From Nageia nagi (lineage: Eukaryota; Plantae; Pinophyta), in the NCBI GenBank assembly GCA_050084985.1, contig JBITNC010000002.1, positions 26,164,001 to 26,228,000 on the forward strand: a stretch of 64,000 bases of DNA. The letters are read 5' to 3'. Below, one piece after another: positions 51,101 through 63,551 of this stretch (position 1 is the first letter of the stretch; every line of letters starts with the position of its first letter). Made by a program: the position numbers and the translations under genes. The notes below the pieces were generated by a model. The model did no database searches and was not told the origin of the DNA. It saw only the letters and a list, made by a program, of their open reading frames with translations.

Positions 51101-52673
51101 TGTGCTTTTTCATATCCGGCAAAGCATGCACCTCAAATTTTCATGCACAAATGAAAGGATAATGAAATGCATTTGATAGTCATGAATACTTACCCAAGTT
51201 TCTGAAATTGGACTTGGGTGCACCGATTTGGATGAGTTCTTAAGCACTAATGGAAAAACATGCACATAGGTCAATTTAGGGAAAATTCGATAGAAAAATA
51301 TGAAGTGATTTTCAAAAAATAGACCTTGAGATCCAGCTCACCCTTTAGAAAAATGGTTTTTGGCGGTTTAGACAGCTTCTCAGACCCTTATTTCTCTTGG
51401 GCGCACCGATTTGAGGGAGTCCTTGAGCACGTCCCAAAAATGGTGCGACTGGGATACTTGATCAAAAATAGAATGAAGTGATAAATAGCACAAGGGGTGA
51501 CCTCATATATATATAACTTTCTGTTTTGCCACGTGTCACCTCTTGGTTGGTTCAAAATGAGGTCAAATAACAGAGCCAAGATGGTGGGCGCATGTTTTAG
51601 AGTGCGGGCAAAAACATGTCCTAAAATGCATGCACCAACCAACTTAGTGCATCAAAAGGACTTAGTCAAATTTCATCCACCTTAAAACCCTTGCTTATTG
51701 GGTGCACCCTTTTGGAAGGGTGCAAAAGCATGTACTAGAAAACATGTGCTTGGACACATTGTAGAATTTTATACTTTGTCAAAAAAATGCCCTTGGGCCA
51801 GGACGTCTGGAAGTTGGACCACCAATTTGGGAGTGCTTTCATGTTTACCCAAAGTCATGCACATAGTTCGATGACACACACTCCAATGCAACAAATTATA
51901 ATTTAATTTAATGACCTCAAAACTACCCTCCAAAATAGGGTGCATCCTTTGGGGGACGTGCTTTTCTGGACCAAACTTAGCACAATGCTCATAAATTAGC
52001 CAAACAAATTGAATCCTGAAGTTGACCTTCCTTTTATAGCCTTTGCTCAAGTGGATAGGTGTCATGCGGTGATTGGTGTGAGTGGAGGCCCAATGCATGC
52101 AAACACACCTGTCTCCCTTATGGTGGACGCCTAAAACTTGGATACTTAGCCAAATTTTCATGCCTAAAAGAGGGTGCACTAATTTTGGTACATGCAAAAG
52201 CGTACCCTCAAAATCAATTCCTTAGGCCTAAAACTTGTTAATTTCCTTCAAAATGACCAGAATGACCCTTGATGATGAATGCAAAGAAGGGGGATGCATG
52301 TTTACAGAATGACCAAGTACACAACGAACATGAAAGATGCAATTTGAACCTGAAAATGCAAGATTGGACCAAGAATTATGCAATATAAAAGCCTTTCTGG
52401 GTACATGCAAAAGCATGCCCCTTAAAACATGTGCCCAAGACAAAATGGCAATTTTTTGACTGGTTTGAACTTGAAGATGCAAATTTACCACATTTATCCT
52501 TGTTTGGCCTACAATGCATGCATTTGATTTAGAAAGAAATATCTTTCATGCCTCGATGTTTTGTGTAATGAGGGTCCTCAAAAATGCAGAATTTTTGGGG
52601 GGTGTTGTGTATGCACAACAATAGCTAAAAACAAAACAAACAAACAAACATAAACACTAACATAGGAACAAAC
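45123..52673 (-). mobile_element. Fragment of an unrelated Tat-like gypsy element with a degenerate accessory ORF
   Basis: TG...CA bounded block 45684-52620; ORF remnants WSKVISD..RFYMNSYL (49769-50032), YIRVYSSEEQPLLLARYASDRMILMEFSRQL (49339-49614), acidic low-complexity and coiled-coil tail to ~47160. Confidence 0.6.
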
Positions 52674-52674
52674 A

Positions 52675-55022
52675 ATACTTTTCGAAAATTGATTTGAGAT
52701 CCAAATATCATCAAATAAGGATGAGGGAGGAGGATATCCACAAAATGGCATTTAGATGTCATTACGGTCATTTTGAGTTTTTGGTGATGCCTTTCGGATT
52801 GACTAATGCACCAACCACCTTACAATCAGCTATGAATCAGTTTTTCAGGGAGCAGCTGAGGAAGTTCGTGTTAGTCTTCTTTGATGACATCTTGGTGTAT
52901 AGCAAAACGTGGGAGGAGCATCTTCATCATCTGGACCATGTTTTGAGGACATTGCAGGAACAAAATTTTTATACCAACCAGTCCAAATAGGAGTTTGGCA
53001 TGAATGAAATCCTGTGTCTTGGTCATATAATCAGCCATGAGGGAGTTAAGGTGGATGAGCAGAAGATTGCAGCTATCCAGGAGTGGTCAACACCTACTAC
53101 CCTAACGCAGCTGAGAGGGTTTTTGGGATTATGCAACTACTACAGGAGGTTCATACATGGCTTCTCCCACTTTGCTTCCCCCCTAATGCAGTTGACCAAG
53201 AAGGATGCATTCGTTTGGAGTGAGTGCTCAAGAGGCCTTTGAGACACGCAAGAAGGTTATGTGTTTCTGTCCTTGCTTAGCTATTCCTAATTTTTCAATC
53301 CCTTTTACTGTAGAGTGTGATGCATCCAAGCTTGGTGTTGGGGCTGTACTTATGCAAAAAGGGCAGCCGATAGCATTCAAGAGCAGGAATTTGTCAAGTG
53401 CAGAGCAGAATTTCAGCGTGTATGATAAGGAGCTGTTGGCCATCATTCATGCGTTGGAGAGGTTCAAACAATACTTAGTTTGTGGTGCATTCGTCATCAA
53501 GAGTGACTACAAGAGCTTGAATTATTTTCTCAGCCAGTTAGATTTGAGTGAGAAACAATAAAGGTGGGTAAGTAAACTTCAATCCTTTGATTTTGAGATT
53601 CAATAGACTAAAGGAAAGAAGAATACTGCTGCTGATGCATTATCTAGAAACCCGTCCTTGTACTCTTTCTCCTCTATTTCTATTTATTAGAAAAATATTA
53701 TAATGGCTAAATACACTAAGGATGAGTTTGCTCAAGGCATCTTAGATGGGATTGTGAGGAATAAAAGGTACACGGTGAACGAAGGGCTGATTTTGAAGAG
53801 GAATAGAATATTCGTGACTCCTAACTCTGAAATGAAGGAGAAGGTGCTCCATGCTTTTGCACAACATCCCTTTTGCAGGTCATCGAAGCATTACAAAGAC
53901 ATACAAGGCGGTGAGAGAGAGATACACATGGAAGGGGCTGAAGAGGGACATTTTGAGGCATGTTTGGGAGTGTGTACAATGCCAATAAAACAAAGAAGAG
54001 CATGTGAAACCAGCAGGGTTGCTTCATCCATTGCCCATCCCACAGCAGAAATGAGAAGGCATCTCCATGGATTTCATCACCGAACTTCCAAAGGTGCAAG
54101 GTAAAGATTGTATCTTTGTGGTTGTAGATAGGCTCATTAAATTTGTCCATTTCTTTGGCATCACTATTACATATACAACAACATAGTTGACTGATTTATT
54201 CTATAAGAAGGTATTCAAATTGCATGGGTTGCTTATGAGGATTGTGAGTGACAGGGACAACAAGTTCATGAGCATGTTTTGGCAAGAATTGTTCCGATGG
54301 AGTGGCACCAACCTCTCCCCAAGCACTAGCTACCACCCCCTAACGAACAAGCAGGCATAAATCGTGAATAGATGGGTGGAGGGATATTTGAGACACTACG
54401 TGATCGGACAACAACAAACATGGATCAAGTGGCTCCACGTCGGGGAGTATTGCTATAATTCCACCTATCATATATCCATCAAAATGTCTCCTTTCAAAGT
54501 TTTGTATGGTTATGATCCTCCTAACTTTACATATTTGATTTTTGATGAAGGAAAGGTTCTGAAAGCTAAAGACTTCTTGTAGGAATATCAGGACATCATG
54601 AGAGCTCTAAAGGATAACATGCAAATGGCACAAAATCGCCAAAAGTAGTACTTTGATCAGAAGAGGATGGAGAGGACCTTTGAGGTAGGAGATATGGTGT
54701 ACTTGAGATTGCATCCATTTTGACAATCTACAATCAAGAAAAGGAGAGCAGAGAAGCTACAGCCTAGAGTCTTTGGGCTGTAAAAGATCTTGTGTAAGGT
54801 GGGAGAGACTGCTTATGAGTTGGAGCTACCCAAGGAGAGCAAGATCTACAACACTTTCAGTTTCCATGTATCTCTCTTGAAGAAGGCTGTGGGACAGCAA
54901 GACGTTCCATCTACTACACTCCCACAAGTTGATGATGAGGGACGACTGGTTTTGGTTCTTGAGAGGGTGTTGGAGACTCAAGTCAAGAAACTAAGATCAA
55001 GATAGATTCAAGAATACTTGAT
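52675..55022 (+). pseudogene. Gypsy pol remnant (RT, RNase H, integrase, truncated chromodomain-like start)
   Basis: [83 protein letters not shown]. Confidence 0.95.
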
Positions 55023-57648
55023 CAGTGTTCCGTCCATCCAGTAGTAGAGACATTCGTTGTGCCCTAGTTGGCTCCTTGGAGGCCAGCGTTGAACCCTTGG
55101 GGCCTGGTATTGTATTATTGCTACTTCATATCATTAATACAACTATTGGGTTATTGGATCTCATATTCGTACTATGCATACTTGTCTATTCCCATCATTG
55201 GATTATCTTTTTATGTATGTGTTTGTAGCATTATGAGGTGTTGTATATTGATTTTAGTTAGTCTTGGCTAGACGATGGCATAATTGCATTGTTTGAGCTT
55301 TATCTGGATGCCCTAGGTCAAACGTTGGAGTATACTTGTGTATATTTGATTTAATTGCACTCAAATTGCATTTAGGCTTTTACAATTTACTTGTGGAGAA
55401 TTGTCATGGCATGACAGATGTAAACCAGGTTCAACAAGTGTGGGTATGGATTGGCACTTTGTCATCCTAAATTTGTCCAACAAACTCTTGTTGTACTTCA
55501 TTTGTGAAACAAATATGTGGTGTTGCAATTGCCAAAACTCCAATCCTAGGCAATAATGAAGTAAACCAAGATTAGTCATGTCGATGATTTCCAGAGGTCA
55601 TCCTTACAAAGATAGGATCAATTTTTGTGTACTCCTTGTTTTGACCAAATCATCGACATACACTACAATAATGGCTATCTCCTCCCATGCTGGTGAAGGT
55701 AGATATTAGGATCATAAGGACTCCTAACAAAACCATGTTGTAGTAAGTGCTCATAAATTTTTATGTATCAGGATCTTGGAGCATGTTTCAAGCCATACAA
55801 AGACTTTATCAATGTGCACACCTTTTGTTTATGTGGATCAATAACAAACCCCTCTGGTTGTTTCATGTAGACCTCTTCCTCCAAGTCTTCATTCAGGAAG
55901 GTAGTCTTTACATCCATTTGATGTACTTTTCAGCCAAACTGAGCAGCCATCGCAAAGAAGATCCTGATGATCTTCATCTTGGCTGTAGGAGCAAATGTTT
56001 CATAATCTATGCCTTCCTCTTGGGCATATCCCTTTGCAACTAGTCGAGCCTTGTGTTTATCGAGTGTTCCATCAACTTTGTACTTTGTCTTGAACACCCA
56101 TTTTCACCCATTGGTCTTTTTCCTTGGTGGAAGATCGATTAAATCCCATGTGCCATTCTTCATCAAAGCGTCATAGTCAATCTTCATGGTTGATTTCCAA
56201 TGGGGTAACTCGATGGATTCACGAACCGTTTCAAGTTTAGAACTTTTCACCACCATGCTCATCAATGCTAAATTCAACTCCTCTCGAGTCATGCTATGTG
56301 TCCTTGAACTAGAAGTAGAAGTGTGTAGTGGAACACTTAAATGTGCATCCTACAATGCCTTCTTATACCATGTGGGTCTTCTGGGTTCATCAAGTGGCAA
56401 GCTCACAACTGGAACTTCCCCTCCATCATCATTAGGAGTGATGATAGGAGCAATGTTAGGATCAGGTGGTGCAATAGGTAGACTGGTTGGAGAATCACTA
56501 GTTTCATCAAAGATAACATCTTTGCTCACATATATCTTTCGAGTAGTAGGATCCATGAGTTGGTAGCTTTTGGATTCACTACTACACCGAAGAAGAATGC
56601 ATCTTAAGGACTTGTCCTCCAACTTTGTCTATTGCTCTTTGGGAATGTGCATGTAGGCAGTGCAACCAAATACTTGAAGATGAGAGATAGATGTTTTTAC
56701 CCTTGACCATGTCTCTTCAGGAGTCATCCCCTCAAGAGCTTTAGTGGGGGTTGTATTAAGCAAATATACTGCAATTCTTATTGCTTCAAACCAAATTGTT
56801 GAATTCAACTTTGCTTCTTTCAACATGCTCCTCACCATCTCTACAATAGTACAATTTTGCCTTTCTGCAACTCCATTTTATTATGGTGTGTATGATGTGG
56901 TTAATTGCCGCCGAATCCCATTTTGTTTCAAGAATGCAGAAAACTCTTTTGATGTATATTCTCCTCCTCGATCTGAGTTGAGTACATGGATCTTACGGCT
57001 GGTAGCAATTTCGACAAGAACCTTGAATTCCTTGAAATGCTGAAAGGTTTTAGCCTTTGTTCTCAAGCAATATACCCACATCTTTTTGGACTAATCATGA
57101 ATAAACAACATGAAATATCTGTAGCCAATGCGGCTAGCTTTAAAAGGACCGCACAAATTGATATGAATCACATCAAGAGGTCCCTTAGCACGATGTGTGC
57201 TAGCCTCAAAAGGTACCCTATGTTTCTTTCCTGCAATGCAAGAAGAGCAAATAGGTGTAGGAGATGTAAGTGGGGGAAGACCATCTACCATTTGCTGCCG
57301 TTGCAAGGTGATGAGGTAGTTGGAATTCCTATGTCCATAGCGGCGGTGCCAATGAGTGGTTACATCCGCAATACAAACTATGAGTGCTTTATTGTTGGAA
57401 GCTACAACATCAAGTATGAACATTTTCCCAACTGCTATCACCCTACCCACAATATGAGAATCTCTAGATTTGTCTTGAATGAGACAGCATTTCTTGCCAT
57501 TTAAGGTATCAAATCCTACTATGAGATTGTGAACCAACATTTGATCAATAGATAGGAGATTCTTTTTGCTGTTTGACACATATAAGACATCCTTAAGTTG
57601 TTAGTTACGCTTCTCAAGACAGAGTTGCACATCACCTTTCCCCTCAAT

Positions 57649-57987
57649 CTAAGTTGCACGAAATGTGAAAACGTGTCCAAGTTTCCGAAATGGGAACGCT
57701 TGAAAATCTGATCCCTTCAAAATGAGTATGCTGGGGGAAATGTTATATATATATATTTTATAGAACACCACATTAACTTGAAAAAAATAAGAATGATGCA
57801 CATAAATAACATTTTAGAAGGAAAACCATGTCTATATTAACTCTCATAGATGATTACATGATGCAAAATTCAAAATAAGCCTTTATAGATGAGGTTTAAC
57901 AAATTTTCGAGTTTTGTCCATGTTTCTGAGTTTCTGGAGGTTTCCAAAATGGAAATGCAACTATTTTACAAGTTTCCTGCAACTTAA
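57649..57987. mobile_element. hAT-type MITE inserted in the copia protease region
   Basis: Ends CTAAGTTGCA / TGCAACTTAA; perfect 8-bp TSD CCCTCAAT at 57641-57648 and 57988-57995. Confidence 0.93.
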
Positions 57988-60523
57988 CCCTCAATGGCAT
58001 AGGGTGTGTCATCTCCTAATTGTATTGATAGATGGTAGCTCCTCTTCAGCATGAGCAACATTCCCTTGTTGCTTTCCTCATGGTGGTGGTCCTCTTTCTC
58101 TCCACTCCCCCTTGTTTTTAGGAGGTGGTCCTCTTTGTTTTGGATTCTTACCATTCGAAGTTCCTCGAGTGTAAGAATTATACCAACATTCTTGGATCTC
58201 ATGTCCTTTCTTACCAGCTACTATTTATGGCTTGGTGGTATGTTGGGAGAAACTTTTGGCTTTTCCTTTCGGTTGGAAAGGTTTCTTGCTTTTCTGATGA
58301 GACACCATTACATGCTCCTCTTTAGTTGATTTTTCATGGAAGGCTTCTTCTTGTTTCAACATATTCACCAATTCTTCAAAGTCTAGCTTTTGTTTGATGA
58401 TATTCAAGGATATCATAAAGATGTGGTAGAACTCTGAGAGAGCTTTCAAGACAATTGGTACAAGGAGTTTATCTTCCATTGTCTTACCTAATGCTTGCAG
58501 TGAGGCACGTAGTTCTGCAACACAACCAAGAAAGGATTCCAACTTCTCTCCACAGTTTACTTCCAAACTGTGTAATTGTCCTTGAAGATGAAAAATTTGA
58601 TTTTGATTTTTTGATTCAAACACTTGTTGCAATTTCTTCCAAGCTTCAACACCATCTTTGGAATCATGTCCATAAGGTTGGACATCATCTGTGATGCCAA
58701 GAGGAATGATCATACGTGTCTTTCGATTGCTTGATGAAACTCTTTTTGTGGATGTCCATCATCTTGTGGGCATTTCTCATTCCCAGCAATAATGTCCCAT
58801 AATCGTTAAATTCAAGAATGGCTTGAATTTTTGTCTTTCATGCAGCATAATTATGTCATTTCAAGACTTGAGAGTCAGGAAGGAGAATTATGGGAGATGA
58901 TTGAGACATTTTTTACTCAAAAAATCGTCCACTTTGCACAGATCCTGGATAGGATTTTCTGGGAATCCAAACCCAAGACTGTGAAATGGAGCCCGATTTA
59001 AGCTAAATTATATATTATTAAGCACGAAAGTTTATAAATGTCGTCTCTTGTGATGAGAGTTGTCTTCAGTTTCAGCTTCGTAACCACATTCAAGTTGTCT
59101 TTTGATTACATTGCGTTACACATCAAACATTGTAAAGACATAAACCTTTGGATTAGATCTAGCCTCTCTCGTGGTCTCCTTCCACAATCTGCTGGATGGA
59201 TTTGGCAAATTGCTGTAAGAGCAAACTGCCTCCTCCTTACAAATCGCAGAATGGACGTGGAAGGCTGGAGGGTGAACACTGGGTGCTTCTCGCCTCTCTC
59301 AACTCACATCTCCTCTTCACGAACGCGGCCTCTCTCTCAATTTGCCTCTTCACAAATGCGGCCTCTCTCTCATGGCTCGCCGGGTCTTCCTTCGCTCGTG
59401 CGCGCGGGCCTGTCGTATTCCTTGCGTGGGCTTCAACAGAACAAACACAAGCCTCCTTGGACTCTCTCTTCGTGTGAGCCTTCTGCGTGCGTGCAAGCTT
59501 TCACAACGTTCAGATCAACGAAGAAGACAAACCTTCTTTGTTATCTGAAGCAAACTGATTTGTCTCCTTGTGATCAGCAGGAACGACACGATGCAGATCT
59601 GGCTGTCCACGGGGCAGATCTAAATGAGCACCTTCTCTACATTTCGTAGCGTAAGTTCTCCATTGTTCTCTGCTCAATAACGTGGATCAGGAACCCAGTC
59701 TCTGGACGTTGGACGTCCTTTCCCAGATTATCTCTGTGCAGGTTTCTCCTTCCACAGAATCTCTGCACAGCCACGAGCCGTTTTTACGCATCAGTCTCGC
59801 TGTAGTCTCATGTTCGCACACAGACCTCTCTTCACTTATGTCTCTTCCTCTTGCTGGGCTGTGAGTGTGCTCAGGTTTGAATGAACATCGTTCGTTGCGC
59901 ACTGGATTTCCTCCTTACGCAGCCTCCACACACTCCACAGAGCGAGTTACACACACGACTCTTGGCTCAATCCACAACACAATCTTTCACGTATGCGTTG
60001 TTTGGAAGCATGCAACTTGCACCACAATGGCAGCTTGCAGGAAAGCAGTGGTGAAACCTCTTCACGCTTTACCACTGACCATCCATGTCACGTCCAGGGT
60101 GTTATTTGTCTCTGAACGGCACGAGATCTCTATGAACGTAGGGCCTGGCAACTATCCAGCAACAGCAGGTCTGATAGCAGACCACTGGAGTCTCTCTCTA
60201 TAATCTTCATGCTTTTGGCAGTGAGAAGATTTCCTAATGCTCTGATACCATGTCAGAGTGAGAAATTGTGATATATTGTATTGCACAATCATGCCTATAA
60301 ATAGGCTTACAGCATGAGTAGAAGACATGCTACTAGCATTAAATACAATATCTACTATCTAAACCTTATTTAAGAATACACCTACTAAATAGACCTTATT
60401 TAAAATATACAAGTGTTCAAGTGGATAGGCCTTAATTAATTTTTTTTTATGTAATTAGTCTATCCTAATGTATTAAGTATTCTAACAATTGCCTGATTAT
60501 ATGGGCATTTATAAGTGATTTTT

Positions 60524-60902
60524 GGTTGACAGGTACCAGGTTTGTGTCATGTAGTGTGTAAGCTAGGTCTATCTTTATAAGTATAAATATTATGTATATG
60601 AGAGTGGTTTGAATTTTCGGTTGACAGGTACCAGGTTTGTGTCATGTAGTGTGTAAGCTAGGTCCATCTTTATAAGTATAAATAGTATGTATATGAGAGT
60701 GGTTTGAATTTTCGGTTGACAGGTACCAGGTTTGTGTCATGTAGTGTGTAAGCTAGGTCCATCTTTATAAGTATAAATAGTATGTATATGAGAGTGGTTT
60801 GAATTTTCGGTTGACAGGTACCAGGTTTGTGTCATGTAGTGTGTAAGCTACGTCCATCTTTACAAGTATAAATAGTATGTATATGAGAGTGGTTTGAATT
60901 TT
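60524..60902. repeat. Four near-identical 95-bp tandem repeats
   Basis: Unit GGTTGACAGGTACCAGGTTTGTG...GGTTTGAATTTTC starts at 60524, 60619, 60714, 60809. Confidence 0.97.
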
Positions 60903-61315
60903 GCAACTTAAAATTAGATGCAATTGCTTCATGATTCATCCAATAAAGAAGCTAGTTGTTATGGCTTTTTATATCCTGGATTTCTACGCCTTAAGAGTTG
61001 TACAACACCTCTACTAGGATCTGAGCTATTGTTCTACTTTTTACTGCATTTGGTTATACCTGCATAGGCATATATCATATATGCTTTTGAGATATCATTT
61101 GATGTATCTGTTGCCTTCAAAGCACCTGGCTGAAGCACTGGAGTTTATTCATTCCACATGATATTTATTTTTCGTTATTTTGAAACTGTGCATCCTAAAT
61201 AACTTTAAGCAAAGCTGAAAATTAAAATGGATGTCACATTTGGGAGAGTAAAATTATATTCTGGCAAATATGCCATATGTGCTGACATTATATTCTTGGA
61301 AATTTTATGTTGCAG

Positions 61316-61409
61316 AACGTGATGAATTACGCAGAGATATCGAGCAATTGTGCATGCAGCAATCAGGAACAGGCTATATAGGTATTATAACACGGATACA
61401 GGCCCAAAG
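61316..61409 (+). CDS. Host gene coding exon 2 (MEE13-like)
   Basis: TTGCAG acceptor, (E)RDELRRDIEQLCMQQSGTGYIGIITRIQAQ(R), AG|GTATG donor; the ERDELRxDIEQLCMQQ motif is what I recall from At2g14680. Confidence 0.92.
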
Positions 61410-61581
61410 GTATGTTCTTTTCTATTTTTGTAAACTCTGATTGTTAAATCTAAACTTTGTTGATTGAATTTCGGAACAACTGTAGAACCTTCTGTGAAGT
61501 TTTATTAGTTGTTTATTTTGTCTATAGAGAAACATGAACACAGATTTTGTGTACGCCAAATCAAATTAAAAGCTTTACCAG

Positions 61582-61690
61582 GACCGCAGGTTTGGAGCAG
61601 GAGACTGAAACATTGAAGCAGAAGCTTGTTGCTTGTACGAGAGAGAATCATAAACTTCAGGAAGAGCTTTCAGAAGTTTACCATATTAAA
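61582..61690 (+). CDS. Host gene coding exon 3 (MEE13-like)
   Basis: CCAG acceptor, TAGLEQETETLKQKLVACTRENHKLQEELSEVYHIK, followed by a GCAAGT donor. Confidence 0.9.
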
Positions 61691-61838
61691 GCAAGTTATC
61701 TTCTCTTTTGATTTTTCTTTTCTAAATGATGTGAACATACCCACTGTTTGCCTTTCTCCAGTGGTTTTTAATTACCTCAATCGTTTCCGCCATGCTCCCT
61801 AATCTTGTATCTCTTGTTTTTTGATTTGCATTTTGCAG

Positions 61839-61877
61839 AGTCAGTTTGCAGAGTTATATGAATCAGAGCGAGAAAAG
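61839..61877 (+). CDS. Host gene coding exon 4 (MEE13-like); gene continues beyond the window
   Basis: TTTTGCAG acceptor, SQFAELYESEREK, AG|GTAATT donor. Confidence 0.85.
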
Positions 61878-62429
61878 GTAATTGCTTTGTGAGGGAGTTG
61901 TCATCTATTAGTTGACCAATCATCATAGCTTAGGTGCTTTTAATTTACAAGTATACAAGATTGAGGCATATCTCTTATGGTCTTTTATTCTCAGTTTTAG
62001 CAAGCCTGTGGTCTTCAAAAGAAAACTTAAAAAAAAAAAATTTCTCTGGTCTTGTTTGCATCTCTAGATAATTCAAATGTTTCTTAAATTCTTATTTGCT
62101 TATGTATCATCATTATAAAAAGTAATTCAGAGATCGAGAATGCAAAATTTAAGATCTTAGAACTGAATTGGCAGTCCAATTTATTCATTATTTCAACAAT
62201 CACATAATTCACTGCTCTCTTAGGTTGCTTTTTACAACTTATGATGTTCATTCAGTGGACTAAAATCAAAGTAAGGCAATTCACGTAAAAGACACTCCCT
62301 GCTAATTTGCCAACACCTAGTTACACCTGAAGAGCTCCTGGAATTTGTATTGATATATATTCTCAACTCTTTTGATATGAAGATTGATGAATCACTGAGA
62401 TAGTTTTCTTGTGTGTTACAGAAAAAGGA

Positions 62430-62900
62430 ATACTGTCTGAACTATTTTGGAGCCAAGGTCATAATCTTTGCATATCTTGAGAAATCACTATTTGTTTTAG
62501 TGAATGCAAAGCAGAGTAGTTTAGTTTGTTTTATATTCAAAGGATCAAATGGCTGATATTCTCATAAAAACTGTATGGAAGGAGATGTTTGAGGAGTTCT
62601 GAGTTCAGACAATTTCTTGGAGCTAGAACTCTACTAATTACATATTATTAGGGGTGTTGGAAATGGTGTCCAATTTCTATATTTTTTAATGGTATTTTTA
62701 ATTACCTCGGTTAATGTTGAGTGCAATCATTTGAGTGTGAGTCAATGACTCATGAGTAAATGTAGGGTAAGATGATTTCATTTATTATTCCCTTCTTCTT
62801 ATGGTTCATCTAAGACATGTGCTCTGTTTACTTGTCATATAATGTCATAAGCTTTTATGCCTTACCACGTATTCTTGTCACAGGGTGTCAAAAGAATAAT
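62430..62900 (+). mobile_element. Very degenerate copia RNase H end and possible LTR start
   Basis: DQMADILIKTVWKEMFE at ~62543-62595, then AGGGG-TGTTGG at ~62650. Confidence 0.45.
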
Positions 62901-63551
62901 CTATTTCTTAATGATTATCTTCTCACATTTGTAAACTCTACGAGTTGTGTTATTCAATACTCCTTACTCTTGTAACTTCCATGTACCATGTCCTTTATCA
63001 TGACATACATTTCACTAAAAAATATTCCTGCATAGCAGTAGAATTTGGCGTTCCTTCTCTTCTCTATATATGAAGAGCAATTATGGATTATTATTTTAAA
63101 GGAATGTATCACATCATTTGTATGAAAGAATGTTTAGTATACAGCCAGGGAAATAGTATGTTTTTCATTATACAGTTTTTAAATAGTTCCCACCAAGCAT
63201 TTGGATCTTCAAGGCTAAGCATTGATCTGATCAATCCTTGATACACTATTGTAAACCTTGGAGTAAAATTTAATATGTTCTTTTTTAATTATCTTATTTT
63301 ATTTTACTTTTTTCCTAATTGTAATATATTGGACTTTGAATTTCGAATTTCACTTCTTTTATTATTCATTATTTCCTTCTTTTTGTTTTTTGCTGAATTT
63401 TTTTTCATGTAGATTCAATTTTTGATTGTCTCATCCTTCTAGATTTTGTTTTTAAAATATAGATTTGTTAGTTCTATCTCCTTTTTCTCTCTTTTTTTGT
63501 TCCTTGTTTCTTTCTTCTTAATTGTTTCTTTCCAGAATATGAATTTTGTTT

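Larger units (their letters stand above)
44080..55384 (+). mobile_element. Rearranged Ty3/gypsy (chromovirus-like) element
   Basis: Starts TGTGACG, ends TTTTACA, perfect TSD ATTTA; 5' LTR 44080-45122 is 3'-truncated and 3' LTR ~55023-55384 is 5'-truncated; they share CAGTGTTC.GTCCATCCAGTA...TATCTGGATGCC. Confidence 0.9.
43233..60487 (-). mobile_element. Ty1/copia element with short LTRs, interrupted by a gypsy chimera and a MITE
   Basis: LTRs 43233-43468 and 60251-60487; TSD ACTGC/ATTGC; perfect PBS TGGTATCAGAGC (60239-60250); gag 58225-58900, integrase 56350-57579, RT 55385-56292 rejoining (NSPQVN-ATLY) RT/RNase H 43463-44075. Confidence 0.93.

Noticed and set aside
59038-59649. 203-aa ORF as a real gene
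   Set aside because: Antisense in a GC-rich copia leader with no recognisable domain; likely a chance ORF
930-61315. Antisense orientation bias of intronic TEs
   Set aside because: More are minus than plus, but counts are small and nested insertions are not independent
62422-62457. Possible next host exon (TTACAG...AAG|GTCATA)
   Set aside because: Peptide KKEYCLNYFGAK does not resemble the expected continuation and lies in a degenerate copia-like region
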